Source: Hydrolagus colliei (taxonomy: Eukaryota). From it: 64,000 nucleotides of DNA. The notes under the pieces were generated by a model, which was not told the origin of the DNA, ran no database searches, and saw only the letters and a program-made list of their open reading frames with translations. The number at the start of each line of letters is the position of its first letter. Position 1 is the stretch's first letter. A program made the position numbers and the translations under genes. The stretch covers positions 23,312,001 to 23,376,000 of the forward strand of contig CM068749.1 in the NCBI GenBank assembly GCA_035084275.1. Reading direction: 5' to 3'. Shown one piece after another: positions 38,952-51,372 of this stretch.

Positions 38952-39565
38952 GTGGAGTGCTGTAGCTCGGTGGTTAGTGCGTCCGACTACTCACAAGCGA
39001 ATGGACCTGGGTACGATTCCATGGGGAGGGCGAAACATTGAACAAGTCTCCTCACTCCACTCCACGTTCCTCCGTTTTCCTGGCATTAAGCGGGGATAAT
39101 ATCCGATTTTTAACAAAAAAAAAGGTCACTCAATCCATGACTGGTTTGTGGGACACTGCCGTGCAATTGGCTCTCGCGTTTCACCCTCTAAATGGCAGTT
39201 AGTTCAGTTTACAGTATATTCTGTGAAGCTCCTTGAGACGTAATAATAAGAATAATCCTTGCATTTGATATAGCGCCTTATCGCGTCTTCTAGGCGTCTC
39301 AAAGCGCTTCATGGAATACACTGTAAAGTCAATCGACTGTATATTTGTGGGCGAAACGTGGCAGCCGATTGTGTCCCAAGAAATGTGTCCCCACAAACAG
39401 TCTTGGATTGAGTGACCAAAATATTATCATTTTTGGGTGGGGGGGGAGGGATTGTTATCAGGCGAGTGTGTGTGTGGAGTAAGGAAACTTGCCCAAGGAC
39501 CTGCCTGGAATCGAACCCAGGTCTACTCGCTTTGTAAGGCGAGTACTCTAACCACTGAGCTACAG
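38952..39565. mobile_element. Tail-to-tail SINE pair (divergent + copy 38952-39240, - copy 39241-39565)
   Basis: The plus copy is truncated at ttgagacg exactly where the reverse copy's tail begins. Confidence 0.85.
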
Positions 39566-39613
39566 GGTTCACACGAAGCTTTGGGTTCACACGAAGAAAG
39601 TCTGGAGTGTTGG

Positions 39614-39646
<33 letters not shown>

Positions 39647-39854
39647 AAGGCTTGAGAATCTGATCATTTTAATGGGATCATTGCCAGGTGCTCATTATGG
39701 AGTGCTCCAATTGTTTGATATACACTTCGCCCGAAACCGGCTCCTTATTAACCATGACAAAAAGTGTGAGTGAATAAATGTGCAAATGTTTTACAGCCTT
39801 GAAGACATAGCGCAATCCCAAGTGAGATATGAAAAACCCATTTAAAATTGATTG

Positions 39855-39890
<36 letters not shown>

Positions 39891-41584
39891 ATGTGTGTAT
39901 GTGTGTGCGCGTATGTAAGCGTGTGATTTTTTTTTCCTTTCCCCCCCAACCCACTCCACATTGGTATATAGCTTTTTCTCCCGGTCTCCATGGCTTTGAG
40001 GAGGTCAAAAAGGGTTAAAGTCACACAAAGAGTGAGGGTGGTGTCGGCTTTGTAAATCAAACAGTAATCAAGTGGAGTTCTACATTATACCGCAATTCTC
40101 TGGGTGGGAGAAGATTTTTCTTGTGTGTGTGCGCGCGCGTGTGTGTGTGTGTGTAGCCACACTCGATCTATAAATGGCACATTAATGGGGCATGTTTTAC
40201 TTCATTGCCAGCGTCGCGTTACACTTAAGACAAGGCTCCCTGCCTCCCCTTTCGTGCACCTGAGATCTGGTTAGGAGCAGGTACAGATCTATACTAATTG
40301 CCTTTGGAGGTCAGTGGCTTCGCTAACAGGGGGAACCGCAGAGTGCAGGAGCCATTATTGCCAGTTTACAAAACATTTGCAGACCAATCAATAGCAAAAG
40401 TCTCTCTGCTCTGTGTAGCCTAATTCCCCCATTACATTTGCTGTCTGTCATAATGGTAATTCACACCGTATGTGGGATTTTCGTTGGTTTGGTTTTCAAG
40501 CCGATGTCTGCCCTCTCCCACTCTCGCCCCCCGATACCCCCCCCTCCCCCACCGTCGTCCCCCACCTTTCCTCTCTATTTACATGTAGTCTGTTCACTCC
40601 ATTTACACAACCCGCCATTAAGGATTCTTCCTCTCTATGCATCTGTAGTTTCATTGGAAACTCTTCAAAGCTGAGACCAAATGTCTGTACTTTTGACAAT
40701 AACTTTTTAATTCTTCGTTGAAATACGTTTACAATATTACAGTGCAGTCAATTCACTTTACAGTGTATTCTGTGAAGCGCTTTGAGGCGTCTCGAAGATG
40801 TGATAAGGCACTATATCAAATGCAAGGATTATTATTATGTTTGCGTTTTTCCCACAATAATGCTTCAAGTAATGAAGGAAATGCAATAGGAGCGATTGAA
40901 AACAAGAAGAGACTTGCAATGTGAATTTCAAAACACTTGCTTTAGCTCCTGTGATTGCTACCTGTACTACTACTAACAACAACAACAAAATTACATTTGT
41001 ATAGCGCCTTTCACATCCCGAGGACGTCCCAAGGCACATTCCTTCACACAGAGTAACAGATCACAGACTGAGGAGCACACTCGCACTTACAATATCATGC
41101 GAACATTTCGATTTACTTGATCAGACCGGATTACAACCTGGGAGTGTTTCTCTCTCTCTCTATCTCTCTCTCTCTCTCACACATTTCATTTCATTTCATT
41201 TGGCCCCTTTTTCTCTCGAAAGTCCGTGTGAATAGTGCCCCCCGGGGAGGTTAGTGAGACTGAGCTTTCTGAGAATGAATACTCAGCCATTGCAAATCTC
41301 TGTAGTTTTTAACCTGTTTTGTTTTAAAAAAAATAAAAGTTGTTGCGTTGTAACTTTGACAGAATCTTGGGCGTATTAATACTGGATGGTTTCCACGTTC
41401 AGTTCTGCAAAATAAGAATTGCTGGACTGCAGGAGAGGGCTGATCTTTGCTCTGATTTAATAATAATAATAATAATATTAATACATCATTTTCCTCTTTA
41501 GTGAGTTCTGCCACTCTTTGGTCAAGCTGTCTGGTGGACAGTCATAGAGAAAAAGCCTCAGGCTTTCGACCTCATTTGTCCGTT

Positions 41585-41825
41585 TAATAATAATGATAAT
41601 AATCCTTGCATTTGATATTGCGCTTTTCAGGTCTTCTAGACGTCTCAAAAAAGTAAAGTGAGTTGACTGTATATTTGTGGGCGAAACACGGCAGCCAATC
41701 GCACACGGCAGCGTCCCCCACAAACAGTCGTGGATTGAAATGACCGATTTTATTCTAGTTTTTTTGTGTGGGGGAGTGATTAATTATTAGGTGTGAACAC
41801 TCTAACCACTGAGCTACGGGAGCTC
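41585..41825 (-). mobile_element. SINE with internal deletion
   Basis: Tail and centre are joined directly to the A-box region. Confidence 0.85.
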
Positions 41826-42464
41826 TCCACTCTGATCCACTCTGAGATAATGTCCTGATTGGTTTTTCTTCCCAGCGTAACACACAGCAAACAAACAACA
41901 AACCGCCACAAGACTCGACAGTCACAGGGGTGCTGGTGGGTGGGTGGTGTGGGGTGGGGGGGGGGGGGGCTGGGGTGGAGAAATAGGGCAAAGCATATTA
42001 TTGCTGGCCGCTGGGAAGCAATTGAGGAGAGGTGATGAACGTATGGTTGGATCTGCCATAATTCTCGGTGTTGCCGTACACTGAGGTCACTGACACAACT
42101 CTTAAAACACTTTTCATTACTCAGTTTTTTCAGTAAAGTTCCTTTTAATTAAGTGTCTGCCTGGTGGCTCACACTCATTTCAATAACTAAGATCCACTCT
42201 GACCTAATGTACAGCCACTCGTACATTATTGCTTAATTGGATATGGATTACTAAACAACTGCATTTCCTTTGACAAATGAGCCCCACAAGGCTAACAATT
42301 ACACATTAGCATTTTTTCAATACATTCAATAGTTAATTTTCTTCTTTTATCTGTTTTAAAAAAAAATAATAATAATCCAGGATTTCCCCTCCACCCGCCC
42401 CACCCCCACCACCACCTCTAATCATTTCATAACAATTCGAAGTTGACGAGGGAACACTGGGGGA

Positions 42465-42888
42465 TGTAGCTCGATGGGTTAGAGACACTCACTCGTCTTA
42501 CAAGCATGAGACCTGTGTTCAAATCCCTGGGNNNNNNNNNNNNNNNNNNNNNNNNNNNNNNNNNNNNNNNNNNNNNNNNNNNNNNNNNNNNNNNNNNNNN
42601 NNNNNNNNNNNNNNNNNNNNNNNNNNNNNNNNNNNNNNNNNNNNNNNNNNNNNNNNNNNNTAACAATCTGTCCAAAAAAAACAAACACAATAATAATAAT
42701 AACAATAATAATAAATTGGTCATTTTCAATCCACGACTGTTTGTGGGACGCCATTGGCTGCCACGTTTCGCCCACAAAACATACAGTCAATTCACTTTAC
42801 AGTACATTCTGTGAAGCGCTTTGAGACGTCTAGAAGACTTGAAGAGTGCTACCTGTGTATCAAATTCAAGGATTATTATTATTATGAT
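42465..42888 (+). mobile_element. SINE interrupted by an assembly gap
   Basis: Head before the N-run at 42532-42660, centre and tail after it. Confidence 0.85.
42532..42660. other. Assembly gap
   Basis: N-run, 129 nt. Confidence 1.
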
Positions 42889-43589
42889 TACACGCGCGAT
42901 AGTAATCAGTGTAGGCCTGATTGTATTAATCAGTTCAAAACGTGAAAATGGGCAACCCTTTTCTCCTCTGCGTGAATATCTGGGACATAACATTGTCTAA
43001 GTTGGAGTATTACGGGGCTTGTGAAATCTGTGCTCCTCAGAGAGAAGGTTATCAGTATTCCTACTCCACACACATATGCGAAGTGACAGCATTAAGCAGG
43101 TAATAGTACAGGTTAATGCTATGTAAAGGCTCCAGCAAAATAGCTTTGTAGCAAAACCCCCATAAGAGTGTTTCTTCTGCAGACAAGTGAATGTACCTAA
43201 TTCCCACGGCAGTTATTTTATTTTTTGGAGCGCTGTATTATTCATGTACCAGACGCCCTGGGAAACATTAGTGCCTTCATTATATGTAGCATATTGCTCG
43301 TCTGAAACAATTTACAAGGAGCTTTTTTTTGTTAAGCTTTTTACACTTTCTCAAGACTGACGCACGGACCCTGAGCTGTTGATATGATCTGACACATGCC
43401 ATTGGTGAGGTTTCAGCCAGCGCCACGAGATTTAGTATCACAGCTGTCAAGAGTACCACTTTGTCTAAGTGTCAGTCATATTTTCCCTATTCAAATTATC
43501 GAGTGTAATATCTCTCTCCCCCCCCCCCCCCCCCACCCCACCCACCCACGTTTTTGCTCATCTCCGCAGGTCCTTGTGTTAAAACGGTG

Positions 43590-43910
43590 GGTAGAGCGCT
43601 GTTGCCTTACAAGCGTGAGACCTGTGTTCGAATCCAGGCAGATCAGGGTGAAAATCTTGGGCAAGTTTCCTTACTCCACACGCACACGCACCCCCCGCAC
43701 CCCCCTCCCACACACACCTAATAATAATCCGTCCCCAAAAAAACACACAATGATAAATATTGGTCATTTCAATTCCACGACTGTTTTGGGGGGGGAACGC
43801 TGCGCCCACAAATATATACAGTCAATTCACTTTACAATATATTCCGTGAAGCGCTTTGAGACATCGATAAGATGTGAAATATCAAATGCAAAGATTAGTA
43901 TTATTATGAT
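43590..43910 (+). mobile_element. tRNA-derived SINE
   Basis: B box GTTCGAATCC, body and tail. Confidence 0.9.
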
Positions 43911-44114
43911 TAAGACGCACCGTTCGAACCCAGGGCAAGGATAAGTGCTGAATGTAAGTTAACTAAAGACCTTGATTGCATTTGGGGGGAATTATTCCTT
44001 AAATGGTTCCTTGGTCATGTTTACCGCAAGCGAATACCTGAAGCAATGCTACAAACTTTACACGTGGATTTCATTTTTTTGAGGGGATGGGTTCGGTGGG
44101 AGGGTGGAGGAGAG

Positions 44115-44157
<43 letters not shown>

Positions 44158-44524
44158 GAGAACCTGGCGAGCTGTATGAAGTTTGCAGCAATGAATCAGA
44201 AGGATTTTGGAGTTCCTGTCTCAGAGCCCAAAGGCAGGCAGGCTGGCTGGCAGTGTTATTGTGAACAACGTGAGCCCCGTTAGGAATGCTGTCCGTAGCG
44301 CTTCGCAGGAAGGCGCTGGCATCGTGGGACTGTACTCGCACAGTCACTTGGCACCGTGTGTTGTCTTCAGGCGACCTGGGTCACGGCGCGGCTTCTGGAG
44401 GCAACTTTGGTGAGGAAACACATTCCACATCAACAGTAACAGCACCATCTGCTGAGATGTTGAAAAATGCCCCATGTAAATACAAACACGAGGCAAGATT
44501 CGATTGAACTGAAAACAATCATAT

Positions 44525-44933
44525 GCGTAATAATCCTTGCATTTGATATCGCGGCTTTTCACCTCTTCTGGAGACCGTGTCTCAAAGCGCTTCGCAGAAT
44601 GTGCCGTAAAGTGAATCGGCTGTGTATGTACATATTTGTGGGCGAAACGCGGCAGCCGATTGCGCACAGGCGGCGTCCCCCCCCCCCCCCCCCACCCCCC
44701 ACACACACAAAACAGTCGTGGGTTGAAAAATGACCAATTTTAATTCTTGTTTATTTTTGAGGGATTATTATTGGGCGTGAGTGAGTGAGTGAGTGAGTGC
44801 GTGCGTGCGTGTGCGTGGTGGGGGTGGGCGGTAAGGAAACTTGCCAAGGTTTCTCCCTGACCTGCCTGGATTCGAAACGCAGCTCTCTCGATTGTAAGGC
44901 GAGCGCTCTGACCACTGAGCTACAGGAGCTCCA
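44525..44933 (-). mobile_element. tRNA-derived SINE, full length
   Basis: Complete reverse copy with expanded simple-repeat linkers. Confidence 0.92.
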
Positions 44934-45599
44934 TTTCTGGGCGGTGGTGGTGGGGGTGGGGGGGGGGGGGGGGTAGAAAAACCATTATTATTTTTAATGG
45001 GAACCACATATTAGAGGACCTCTGAGGCTGGGAGGACCTGCACCGCTCAATGTGCTTTTGTTACGGTTCGTTATGTCATAAATCAGCCCGTTCCTCCTCA
45101 CCGACATCTGATACCGTGTATTAGCTTTAATTTACAACACTCAGAATGTATTGACAGCCACTCCATATAGGTCGGAGGTTAATTCCTTATCAATATGACA
45201 TCACCAGACCATTAGTCACAGTCGGTACGTGGCAACACGACTCGCCAAACCCCCCGACACTAACCCCCCACCCCCCCCCCCCCCACCCTCTCCCACCAGA
45301 CACTGTAGGGACGAGGTTTCGTTTTATTAAAAACTATCAGGAGCTAAAGTAGATTTTAACCTAAGTGTATTTGTACGAGATAAGAGCACAAATTAGATCG
45401 AGCGGATAGGATTTTGAAAAACCAAACTCATTTACTTTGCTCCTGTTTTGCAATAAGTCCGTCCCTCCTCCGGACAGTGCAACCGGATACATTTACTGCA
45501 TTTGGCGTTTACATTCACTGTCCCAGCTCCCAGATTCCCCCCCGTTCCCCCCCCACCCCCCCCCCCCAACCCCACCACCACCCCAGCCTCATTTTTGCC

Positions 45600-45741
45600 A
45601 CTTGCTAATCCCCCCCTTTCCCTCTCTCCCCGTGTCCTCAGCTCGGGTCTGAAGCAGGGACTGTCCAGCGCCTTGGGACGTCCTCCTGACGTGAAAGGCG
45701 CTCATACAAGTGTCATTTTATTACTGTTGTTGTTGTTGTTG
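45600..45741 (+). mobile_element. L2 LINE 3' UTR and tail (type A)
   Basis: gtccagcgccttgggacgtcctcctgacgtgaaaggcgctc followed by (TTG)n. Confidence 0.8.
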
Positions 45742-46041
45742 CTGGGAGAGTTGTGGTCTCTCTCTATCACTCGGCTTAACCACCGTTGACCAATGCAGCT
45801 CGAAGGAATTATCTCCGATGACTTACGCAGCTGAGTAACTCTTTGCCAAAGCCTTTATGCCGATAGTTGCTGTCACTGTACAGTGTCTAGAGGAAAGTTT
45901 CCTCGCGCCATTGCAATCTTCAGGCTTATTGGCTGCAGGAAATTGTCCATCTCTTTCAGTGCCTGGGAATGTCCTCCTGACGTGAAAGGCAAGCGCTATG
46001 CCGGTGTACTTTTGTACTGTATCCATGTATCATTGGGTTGA

Positions 46042-46313
46042 AGCTCCTGTAGCTCAGTGGGTTAGAGCGCTCGCCTTACAAGCGTGAGACCTGTGTTCGA
46101 ATCCAGGCAGGTCAGGAAACCTTGGGCAAGTTTCCTTACTCCACATACACACACACACACACACGCCTAATAATAATCCCTCCCCCCAAAAACCCCACAA
46201 TAATAAAATTGGTCATTTCAATCCACGGCTGTTTGTGGGGGACGCCGCTTTGAGACGTCTAGAAGACGTGAAAAGCGCTATATTAAAATGCAAGGATTAT
46301 TATTATTATTATA
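46042..46313 (+). mobile_element. SINE with central deletion
   Basis: Head and tail intact. ggggacgc is joined directly to cgctttgagacg. Confidence 0.9.
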
Positions 46314-47934
46314 ATGAGGTCTCCGCTGGTTGGATAGCCTCTGGTTGGACGGTTGGGAAACTTCTTCTCCTTCGTTGGCTGCTCTGTAACCTTTCCAATG
46401 TCCTCCTACCCCCCCCCCCCCTCGACAAGAACACTTTTGCTCTAAAGCTGAAAATAGAGGAGGGAAGATTTGTGGATTCAAAATGGAATAATAGCGCGGT
46501 TGATGATATTAATTAGCGATGATGTTCTGTGCTGCAGCAATTGCGAGATTTACGTTCCACCCCAAAGCCAGGTCAAGGCACGTCCAATTAAATTCCCAGC
46601 AAAGTCGGTGTTAAACACAAGCTGATCTGCTGATGGGAATAAGTGTATAATTGCAAACCTGCCAGGACCAATTATTCTAAAGCCTTTGACTCCACTTAAG
46701 AGAAGACTTGAGTTTCACCCATTCTATCAAGTGCTGTTTGGCGTTGCGCTCGTTGACTTGTTTGCGCTGGACTTTGGCTCGGGCGTGTTCTGGGTTCGAA
46801 TACTGACTTTAGAGCCTTCAAGGTGTCATCCTTGGGAGAGGAGCGAGGTGAGGTCGGCTGAAGCCAATTAACATCCATCGCCCAGTAATTCGAGACATTA
46901 TTTGATGGCTCGTCCATGAAATTTGGGGTTCATTAACACACTCGCACTGAGGATGCCTGGATTCGAACACAGGTCTCACGCTTGTAAGGCGAGTGCTCCT
47001 AACCACTGAGCTACAGGAACAGTTCCGTGGGCAATACACATGACTGATGGCCCCTTTACCCTTTTGCCCTTTTATTGGAAGGAGACAGATTATAGCTTCA
47101 ATGGAAAATATTTTCTCTCTCTCTCTCTCTCTCCCCTTGTTGTTAATACTTTCTGTTGCAACAAAGAGTGTTTGAACGCTTGGCCGCAGAAACGTTTGCT
47201 TTGCCCTTTCGCGAAAATATCACCAGGGCTAACCATTTCAGGTGGTTTATTCTCTGAGCAGCGAAGAGTTGAGAATACTTTGGGTTGAAAGTAGAGGAGT
47301 GTTTTTGCAGTAGAAAATTTCAGCACTCCTGCTAACCGTATACTTTGAAAAAAAACCATACCTTGAGCTTTCAATACAAAACCAGTCCTAGCAGTGTGGT
47401 TGCAGTCCAGAGGTTTTTCATTTAAAATGTTTACCGTAGTTTGGGGAATTAAACTGGCTTTCATAAACCATTTTATTCCAGGACTGGAACAAAGAAAAAC
47501 CCACAATAAATTAGACTTCGTTGTAATTGCTCAGGGCCTCTGCTATTGCCAACTCATCCTATCGTTTAAAATTAACTTTGAAGGATTTTAACAGCAATAA
47601 AACAATTGTTCAATAGCGGTTAATTATTTATTTTTTAATATATGAAAACAACCGGGCGGCCAATTTACTGTCTAAAACCCAACGTTGGAGCAAACTCTCG
47701 AGTTGGGACTAAATGACGAGCGAGACTGAATGCTTCCTTTCATATTATTTTCTAGTTAAGGTCAAAAGAGTCCATGCTTGGGAAAGAACATTTGTCATTT
47801 TCCTGCATCAGGTACCGGGCCACAAGGTTTAGCGCAATGGGGGCTTTACACACAGGATCCAACTCTCTTTACCATATCCCAATAATGCACGTTATTATTA
47901 AATTCACTTCTCGGTCGCTAAAATTGGCAATCTG

Positions 47935-48262
47935 GTGTAGCGGTTAGACAAGCGAGAGACCTGGGTTCAATTCCAGGCAGGTCAGGGGGAGACCTTGGGC
48001 AAGTTTCCTTACCACTTCCTTTCCTTACCGCTTCCTTACAAGCGCCTGATAATAACCCCCTGAAAAATAAACAATAATAAAATAGGTCTTTCCAATCCAC
48101 GACTGTTGTGGGGGGGGGGAACGCTGCTGTGCACGATTGGCTGCCGCTTTTCGCCCATAAACGCACAGTCGATTCACTTTACAGTATATTCCGTGAAGCG
48201 CTTTGAGACACAGTCTAGAAGACGTGAAAAACACCGTATCAAATGCAAGGATTATTATTACT
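47935..48262 (+). mobile_element. tRNA-derived SINE
   Basis: Partly deleted head, with body and tail. Confidence 0.88.
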
Positions 48263-48590
48263 GTACAGTCTTATTATTGACATGGTACAAACCCCAATAG
48301 AGAAATATTAAAAATGGAAACAATTCATTGGTAAGTGTTTATTAACTGTGCAGTTTCTGTGTTAAATGTTTCGGTTTAAGATCGCAGACGTGGGTATTTC
48401 GGAATGATGAGATCAGACGCCACACTGATCGTATGGTATCGTTTAGGAATAGGCTGAAGTATTTTGGAGCGAATTTACAACTTGAGCTATACTCTGCAGA
48501 GGCTTTGTGTATGTGTTTTTTAAGCAAGGCTTTGTTTAAGCGCTCTGAGACGCCCGTGTCCGGCGTGGAGGGCACTATATAGATCGAAGT

Positions 48591-48681
48591 TGTGTGTATT
48601 TGTGTGTGTATGTGTGTGTATGTCGTGTGTGTATGTGTGTGTATGTGTATGTGTGTGTGTATGTGTGTGTGTGTTTGTGTG
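48591..48681. repeat. (TG)n/(TGTA) microsatellite
   Basis: Directly visible. It explains the CVCVC-type ORFs in the track. Confidence 0.95.
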
Positions 48682-48733
48682 TTTTCTCCTCAATATTTCA
48701 TCAGACTAATACAGTATTCAGTAAATTTAGAAA

Positions 48734-48933
48734 NNNNNNNNNNNNNNNNNNNNNNNNNNNNNNNNNNNNNNNNNNNNNNNNNNNNNNNNNNNNNNNNNNN
48801 NNNNNNNNNNNNNNNNNNNNNNNNNNNNNNNNNNNNNNNNNNNNNNNNNNNNNNNNNNNNNNNNNNNNNNNNNNNNNNNNNNNNNNNNNNNNNNNNNNNN
48901 NNNNNNNNNNNNNNNNNNNNNNNNNNNNNNNNN
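48734..48933. other. Assembly gap
   Basis: N-run, 200 nt. Confidence 1.
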
Positions 48934-50591
48934 TAGGACCTCGGGTTGATATGGCACCGCACCACCAACGTACAATTGGTCGGTCGGCCTGGCAATCGCA
49001 AGTTTCTTCGTTGCGGCTTTTTTCTCTCGGCTCTTTGGGTTGGAGAGTGGGTGGGGTTGTGGGGGGGGGGGGGTGGGGTGCGGTGGGAGCTTCAGTGGGA
49101 CTGGAATCGCTTCAAAATCCTCAATTGAACAGAAGGCTTGGCTCCAGGGCTCTCATATCTGTAACTAAACTGAGGCCAAACACAGCAAACTTTCAATTTG
49201 GTTTCTGGATAGGTTGCCAACAGCAATTTTGCCTGGTGCCAAATTTAGTTATATGGTTCCATAGTGGCCTCTCTTATATGTTCAGATGTGCCATGAATGT
49301 ACTAACTAACGAACTAAGGAACTCACAAACGAACGAACAAACTAACAAACTATCTAACTAACTCATTAATATTTTTCCTCCCCCCCAAAAAAAAAAAATA
49401 TTTTTTAAGAACCGGTAACCCTAAGCCTAACCCTGAGAGTTAGCCCCGATAGCACGAAGGAGTGAGAAAAACAATGAAACTACAAGTTTGAATTCGAGTA
49501 ATTTTATCGTTGAGTCGTTGGATTGTACGTTCTACGTAAGGAGTGCGAAGCGGGAGGTGAACGAAAGACAAAGGTGGTATTATTGGCTGAGCTATTCGGA
49601 GGGATTTACCTGTTTCAGCGTCTTCCCAACGCGAAGGGCGCTCTACAAATGTAATTTAGTTTTTGTTGTTGTTGTTGTTGTTGTTGTTGTTGCTCTCACT
49701 CCCTTTAATGTACGGACAGACCTCTTCTTAAACAAATCTCTGCTGGATTATATACCTCTGTCCCTGGGTTATTATATACCTCTGTCCCTGGGTTATTATC
49801 CTGGGAAAGGAGTTCAGTTTATGATTGATGTGCGTTTGACGTGTCTTCTAGACATCTCAAAGTCCCCCACAGGGTATACAGCAACAGCAACAACAACAAA
49901 ATGACATCTATATACCGTAAAGTTGAATTGACTGTGTATTTTTGTGGGCGAAACACAGCAGCCAATTGTGCACACAGCAGCGTTCCCCCCCCCCCCCCCC
50001 CCCCCCCACACACACACAAACAGTCGTGGATGGAATGATTATTCTCTTTGACGATAATAGGAGATTATCGATGAGATCAAACGGAGTGAAGGGGCTCCTT
50101 TATTCCAACCCATCTTGTGAATCGAGGCCTCGGGAGAGGAGGTGAATATTGATCTGTGAGGGGTCCGAGCTGCGACCTGCGCGAAGGGCGCTATATATAA
50201 GACGCAGGAAGATGTTATTCTTGTTGTCGTTGATGGGAGTTTGTGGATGGAGTTTAGTGAGAGAAAGTGAAGGAGACCCTTCCACCACAAGATGGTGATA
50301 CATTACACTAACAGAGCAGTCTCTAACGATAGCTGCAACACTCAGTAGGGGTTTTTGAAACTTTCATTAAAACCAAAGCTTTGATGGCTCGATGCATACG
50401 CAAGTTTGCCCGCCAAATACCTGCACTAACATCGCCAGGAAAACCCTTCCAGAGAGCGTTGGGGATGTTGTGAATAAAATCCACATCCCGACATTCAGAG
50501 CAGCTTGTTCCGGGAGCTGAGCTCGTGAAATATAAATTCTCCAGTGTAGGCCTTTTAATGTCAGGATTCCCCAAACAATATGTAATACAAA

Positions 50592-50780
50592 ACACACAAT
50601 GCTTACAGATGCTGGGAATCTGAAACAAAAACAGAAGTTGCTGCGGAAACTCAGCAGGTCGGGCAGCATCCATGGAGAGAGGGTCTGACGCAGGGTTGCA
50701 GACCCGAAACGTTGACTCCTTTTCCTTTCTCCATGGATGCTGCCTGACCTGCTGAGTTTCCCCAGCAACTTCTGTAATAC
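50592..50780 (+). mobile_element. Palindromic Penelope-type repeat with degenerate hammerhead core
   Basis: 50-bp inverted arms (50631-50680 and 50726-50775, 3 mismatches) enclose ctgacgca-gggt-tgcag-accc-gaaacgtt. It resembles the gatgctgcctgacctgctgag repeat common in cartilaginous fish genomes. Confidence 0.65.
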
Positions 50781-50784
50781 GTAA

Positions 50785-50996
50785 TACAAATTGGTTCATT
50801 TCAATCCACGACTGTTTGTGTGTGTGGGGGGGGGCGGGGATCGCTGCTGTGTGGTGGGGACGCAATTGGCTGCCGCGTTTCGCCCACAAATATACATCCA
50901 GTCCGGTCACTTTACAGTCTATTCTGTGAAGCGCTTTGAGACACAGTCTAGACGACGTGAAAAGCCGCGATATCAAATGCAAGGATTATTATTATA
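50785..50996 (+). mobile_element. SINE 3' half
   Basis: Central domain and tail. Confidence 0.85.
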
Positions 50997-51336
50997 ATCC
51001 AGTCATGTACAAAAGGACACTGATGGGTGACAGGTGCATGATGATTCTAACTCCAGTTTTATGAGGAACGGATGAGCCTTATCTAAGTTTGTCTGTCACA
51101 CGGCTCGTTTGGTTGGGAAATCCGCAGCGAAAGTAAACTGCTTTTGACGCTAACAATGTCTGAAAACACTGCCTCCGTCTCCAGCACGAGATTGGTTTAA
51201 ATTTACCGTTGTTCTTGCATGCGCAGAACAAAATGTTCCGAGACTCTGTCGGGTTGGTGGATTTCGTGTGGTTTGCGGAGTATGGCTTTTTTTTTGTTCG
51301 CACCGAGTACATCAAATATATATATATATCTATATT

Positions 51337-51372
<36 letters not shown>

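Noticed and set aside
44161-44450. GC-richer unique block with a minus-strand acceptor (ctcagcag)
   Set aside because: Frames stop early and no good donor was found. It cannot be called as coding.
49416-49436. Telomere-like taaccctaagcctaaccctga
   Set aside because: Only about three imperfect units, too short to call an interstitial telomeric repeat.
50323-50982. 219-aa minus-strand ORF
   Set aside because: Mostly SINE plus the palindromic repeat. Only a short part is kept as a weak exon candidate.
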